From Escherichia phage SD6: 40,091 nt of DNA. This document shows positions 37,363-40,091 of this stretch, piece by piece (positions within the stretch are counted from its first letter, which is position 1; each line of letters opens with the position of its first letter). The position numbers and the translations under genes were made by a program. The stretch lies in the sequence record PQ821641; one strand, 5' to 3'. The notes beneath the pieces are model-generated. The model saw only the letters and a program-made list of their open reading frames with translations. It did not search any database and had not been told where the DNA came from.

Positions 37363-37812
37363 ATGCTCGAATTTTTAAAGAGAGCGGCTCCGTGGTTACT
37401 TGCAGCAGTGATGTTTGCTGGTGGCTACCACACCGCTAACAATAAGTGGGAGGCTAAGGTCAATGCAGAATACACCTCGAATCTTAAGGCATCGGAAGAT
37501 ACAAGGCTTGCTGTCCAAGCTGAAGTCAGCAAAGTGTCCAAACGGTTTCAGGACGAAATGTCCTCGCTGGAAGGCAGCACTGATAGGATTATTGCTGACC
37601 TCCAGTCTGACAATAAGCGGCTGCGCATCCGAGTCAAACCCACGAGTGGAACCACGCAAAGTGACGGTCGATGCATCGTTGATGGTTACGCCGAACTTGA
37701 CGAACGAGATGCTAAACGTCTTATCGCCATCGGACTGAAAGGAGACAAGTGGATTAAGGCACTTCAGGACACTGTGAGAGCCTTACAGCAAGATAAGGAG
37801 GTGACGCATTGA
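37363..37812 (+). CDS. Rz-like i-spanin (gene 18.5)
   Basis: 149 aa; N-terminal transmembrane segment [12 protein letters not shown] then a charged helical region; GGGAGGG upstream. Confidence 0.85.
   Translation: MLEFLKRAAPWLLAAVMFAGGYHTANNKWEAKVNAEYTSNLKASEDTRLAVQAEVSKVSKRFQDEMSSLEGSTDRIIADLQSDNKRLRIRVKPTSGTTQSDGRCIVDGYAELDERDAKRLIAIGLKGDKWIKALQDTVRALQQDKEVTH
37463..37738 (+). CDS. Rz1-like o-spanin lipoprotein (gene 18.7), embedded in the +1 frame of the Rz gene
   Basis: [25 protein letters not shown] lipobox matching T7 gp18.7 [25 protein letters not shown]; the long N-terminal extension from ATG 37463 matches T7. Confidence 0.7.
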   Translation: MQNTPRILRHRKIQGLLSKLKSAKCPNGFRTKCPRWKAALIGLLLTSSLTISGCASESNPRVEPRKVTVDASLMVTPNLTNEMLNVLSPSD

Positions 37813-39572
37813 GTAAAGACTTAGTGGCGCGTCAGGCGCTAATGACAGCACGTATGAAGGCAGACTTCGTGTTCTTCCTGTTCGTCCTGTGGAAAGCCTT
37901 GTCACTCCCAGTCCCGACTCGCTGTCAGATTGACATGGCGAAGAAACTATCGGCTGGGGACAACAGGCGTTTCATCTTACAGGCGTTCCGTGGTATCGGG
38001 AAGTCCTTCATTACGTGTGCATTCGTGGTCTGGAAACTATGGAACAACCCAGACTTGAAGTTCATGATTGTGTCGGCCTCAAAGGAACGAGCCGATGCTA
38101 ACTCCATATTCATCAAGCGAATCATCGACCTCATGCCTCAGCTTCAGGAACTCAAACCTAAGCAGGGACAACGAGATGCGGTTATCAGCTTCGACGTTGG
38201 ACCAGCCAAGCCGGACCACTCACCTTCGGTTAAGTCCGTTGGTATCACTGGTCAGTTGACTGGTAGTCGTGCTGACATCCTGATTGCCGATGACGTAGAG
38301 GTTCCTAACAACTCAGCGACTCAGGCTGCACGAGACCGTCTGTCAGAGCTTGTGAAAGAGTTCGACGCTATCCTGAAGCCGGGAGGTACAATAATCTATC
38401 TGGGTACTCCTCAGAACGAGATGACCCTGTATCGTGAGCTGGAAGGTCGTGGGTACACCACTACTATCTGGCCCGCTCGTTATCCACGCGACAGGAAGGA
38501 CTGGCAGTCTTACGGCGACCGTCTGGCTCCTATGCTTCAGGCAGAGCTGGAAGAGGACCCTGAGTCATTCTACTGGCGTCCGACCGACGAAGTCCGCTTC
38601 GATGATACTGACCTGAAGGAACGTGAGCTGTCCTACGGTAAAGCTGGCTTCGCTCTACAGTTCATGCTTAACCCGAACCTGAGTGATGCCGAGAAGTACC
38701 CTCTGAAGCTCCGTGACCTTATCGTAGCAGACTTGGACCCAGCGTCCAGCCCAATGGTCTACCAATGGTTGCCAAACCCTCAGAACAAGCGTGAGGACGT
38801 TCCTAACGTTGGACTCATGGGTGACTCATACCACACGTATCAGACTGTAGGTTCTGCCTTCAGTTCGTACACCCAGAAGATTCTGGTCATTGACCCTAGT
38901 GGTCGTGGTAAGGATGAAACTGGTTATGCTGTACTGTATCAGCTAAACGGCTACATCTTCGCTATGGAAGTTGGTGGTATGCGTGGGGGTTATGAAGACT
39001 CTACGCTGGAAGCCTTGGCTAAGATCGGTCGTAAGTGGAAGGTCAACGAGTACGTCATTGAAGGTAACTTCGGTGATGGTATGTACCTTGAGTTATTCAA
39101 GCCTGTAGCTGCCCGTATTCATCCTGCTGCTGTAACTGAAGTGAAGAGTAAGGGTCAGAAAGAACTCCGCATCTGTGACGTTCTGGAGCCTATCATGGGG
39201 TCTCACAGACTTATCGTTAACGCTGCTGCTATCGTCCAAGACTACCAGTCAGCCTCTGATAAGGATGGTGTTCGTAACCCTATCTACTCTCTCTTCTACC
39301 AGATGACACGTATATCTCGTGAACGTGGGGCCTTGGCACACGATGACCGACTTGATGCGCTGGCTATCGGTGTACAGTTCTTCGTTGAGTCTATGGCTAA
39401 GGATGCCAACAAAGGCGAACGTGAAGTCACTGAGGAGTGGCTGGAGGAACAGATGGAGAACCCACGGAAAGGATTCGAGTCCATCCACACTGAGTTCTGG
39501 GACAATGGGGTCCGGGTAACTCACGATACGGACGACGAGCTTGGGCTAGGGTCATACGTTACGTTTCACTAG
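37809..39572 (+). CDS. Terminase large subunit (gene 19)
   Basis: 587 aa, collinear with T7 gp19 ([78 protein letters not shown]); TTG start with AAGGAGGTG about 5 nt upstream. Confidence 0.95.
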   Translation: MSKDLVARQALMTARMKADFVFFLFVLWKALSLPVPTRCQIDMAKKLSAGDNRRFILQAFRGIGKSFITCAFVVWKLWNNPDLKFMIVSASKERADANSIFIKRIIDLMPQLQELKPKQGQRDAVISFDVGPAKPDHSPSVKSVGITGQLTGSRADILIADDVEVPNNSATQAARDRLSELVKEFDAILKPGGTIIYLGTPQNEMTLYRELEGRGYTTTIWPARYPRDRKDWQSYGDRLAPMLQAELEEDPESFYWRPTDEVRFDDTDLKERELSYGKAGFALQFMLNPNLSDAEKYPLKLRDLIVADLDPASSPMVYQWLPNPQNKREDVPNVGLMGDSYHTYQTVGSAFSSYTQKILVIDPSGRGKDETGYAVLYQLNGYIFAMEVGGMRGGYEDSTLEALAKIGRKWKVNEYVIEGNFGDGMYLELFKPVAARIHPAAVTEVKSKGQKELRICDVLEPIMGSHRLIVNAAAIVQDYQSASDKDGVRNPIYSLFYQMTRISRERGALAHDDRLDALAIGVQFFVESMAKDANKGEREVTEEWLEEQMENPRKGFESIHTEFWDNGVRVTHDTDDELGLGSYVTFH

Positions 39573-39667
39573 CTGAATGAATAACTATAGGTGAAAGCTG
39601 CATGAATACGCAGTTAGTAACCTATGGTTACTACCAGTCTAACCTACTGTTTTACAAGGAGTTTGGA

Positions 39668-39690
39668 CTTAACTATCACTATAGGGAAGA
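39668..39690 (+). promoter_or_regulatory. Phage promoter near the right end (phiOR-like)
   Basis: CTTAACTATCACTATAGGGAAGA downstream of the terminase gene. Confidence 0.65.
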
Positions 39691-39869
39691 CCCCAGGTTA
39701 CTTATAGTATTACTGTAGTGAATATACATATGCAGACTTTATGCAATACCTTAGGAGGCAGACTCCGAGTTCTTACCTAAGGCTTGCACCGATGGAAGGA
39801 GGGTGATATTAATCATAATCCCTCCAATACAGATAGTCACCGACCATAGATACAGGAGGTATGTAGCAT

Positions 39870-40028
39870 ATGGCAAAGACCAAAGCTGTGCTTAAAGCTC
39901 TGGCGACCAATCGAGCTACATACAGGTTTCTTGCTGCTGTTCTACTTGCTGCTGGCGTTACTGCTGGAAGTCAGTGGGTCGGGTGGGTCGAGACTCTCGT
40001 ATGTTCTCTGGTCTCTCAGTGTAATTAA
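39870..40028 (+). CDS. Hypothetical small membrane protein (52 aa, gene 19.5 position)
   Basis: GGAGG about 10 nt upstream of the ATG; hydrophobic FLAAVLLAAGVTAG; last ORF before the right end. Confidence 0.4.
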   Translation: MAKTKAVLKALATNRATYRFLAAVLLAAGVTAGSQWVGWVETLVCSLVSQCN

Positions 40029-40091
40029 CGCAATCATGGTAACGATTAATGAGCGGAAGACCTAAGGTCAGTTCATAGCTGACGCTACTCT

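Noticed and set aside
39575-39600. Partial promoter-like AATAACTATAGGTGAA just after the terminase stop
   Set aside because: It lacks the TCAC part of the consensus. The full-consensus promoter at 39668 is the better phiOR candidate.

Overview
This window is a near-complete genome of a T7-like podovirus (Autographiviridae, T7 supergroup). All credible genes are on the + strand and are collinear with phage T7: a left-end repeat array, host sigma70 early promoters, small early genes, single-subunit RNA polymerase, gp1.1/1.2, DNA ligase, gp2, SSB, endonuclease I, amidase/lysozyme, primase-helicase, DNA polymerase, exonuclease, portal, scaffold, capsid with a conserved -1 frameshift site, tail tubular proteins, internal virion proteins gp13-16, tail spike, holin, small terminase, Rz/Rz1 and large terminase. 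About 11 phage promoters share the core AACTATCAC(T/G)TAGG, and TE-like and Tphi-like terminators and RNase III-type hairpins sit at T7-equivalent positions. Departures from the T7 backbone are three HNH endonucleases (two paralogous), an unknown gene between endonuclease I and lysozyme, a DUF3850/ASCH-like gene between gp11 and gp12, a strongly acidic protein where T7 has gp5.9, a non-canonical N-terminal domain on gp16, and a mosaic tail spike with an AT-richer beta-helix-like C-terminal part. No tRNA, CRISPR array or multi-gene defence island was seen; the candidates for new biology are single accessory genes and regulatory elements. All homology calls rest on reading the translations against remembered T7 proteins, not on database searches.
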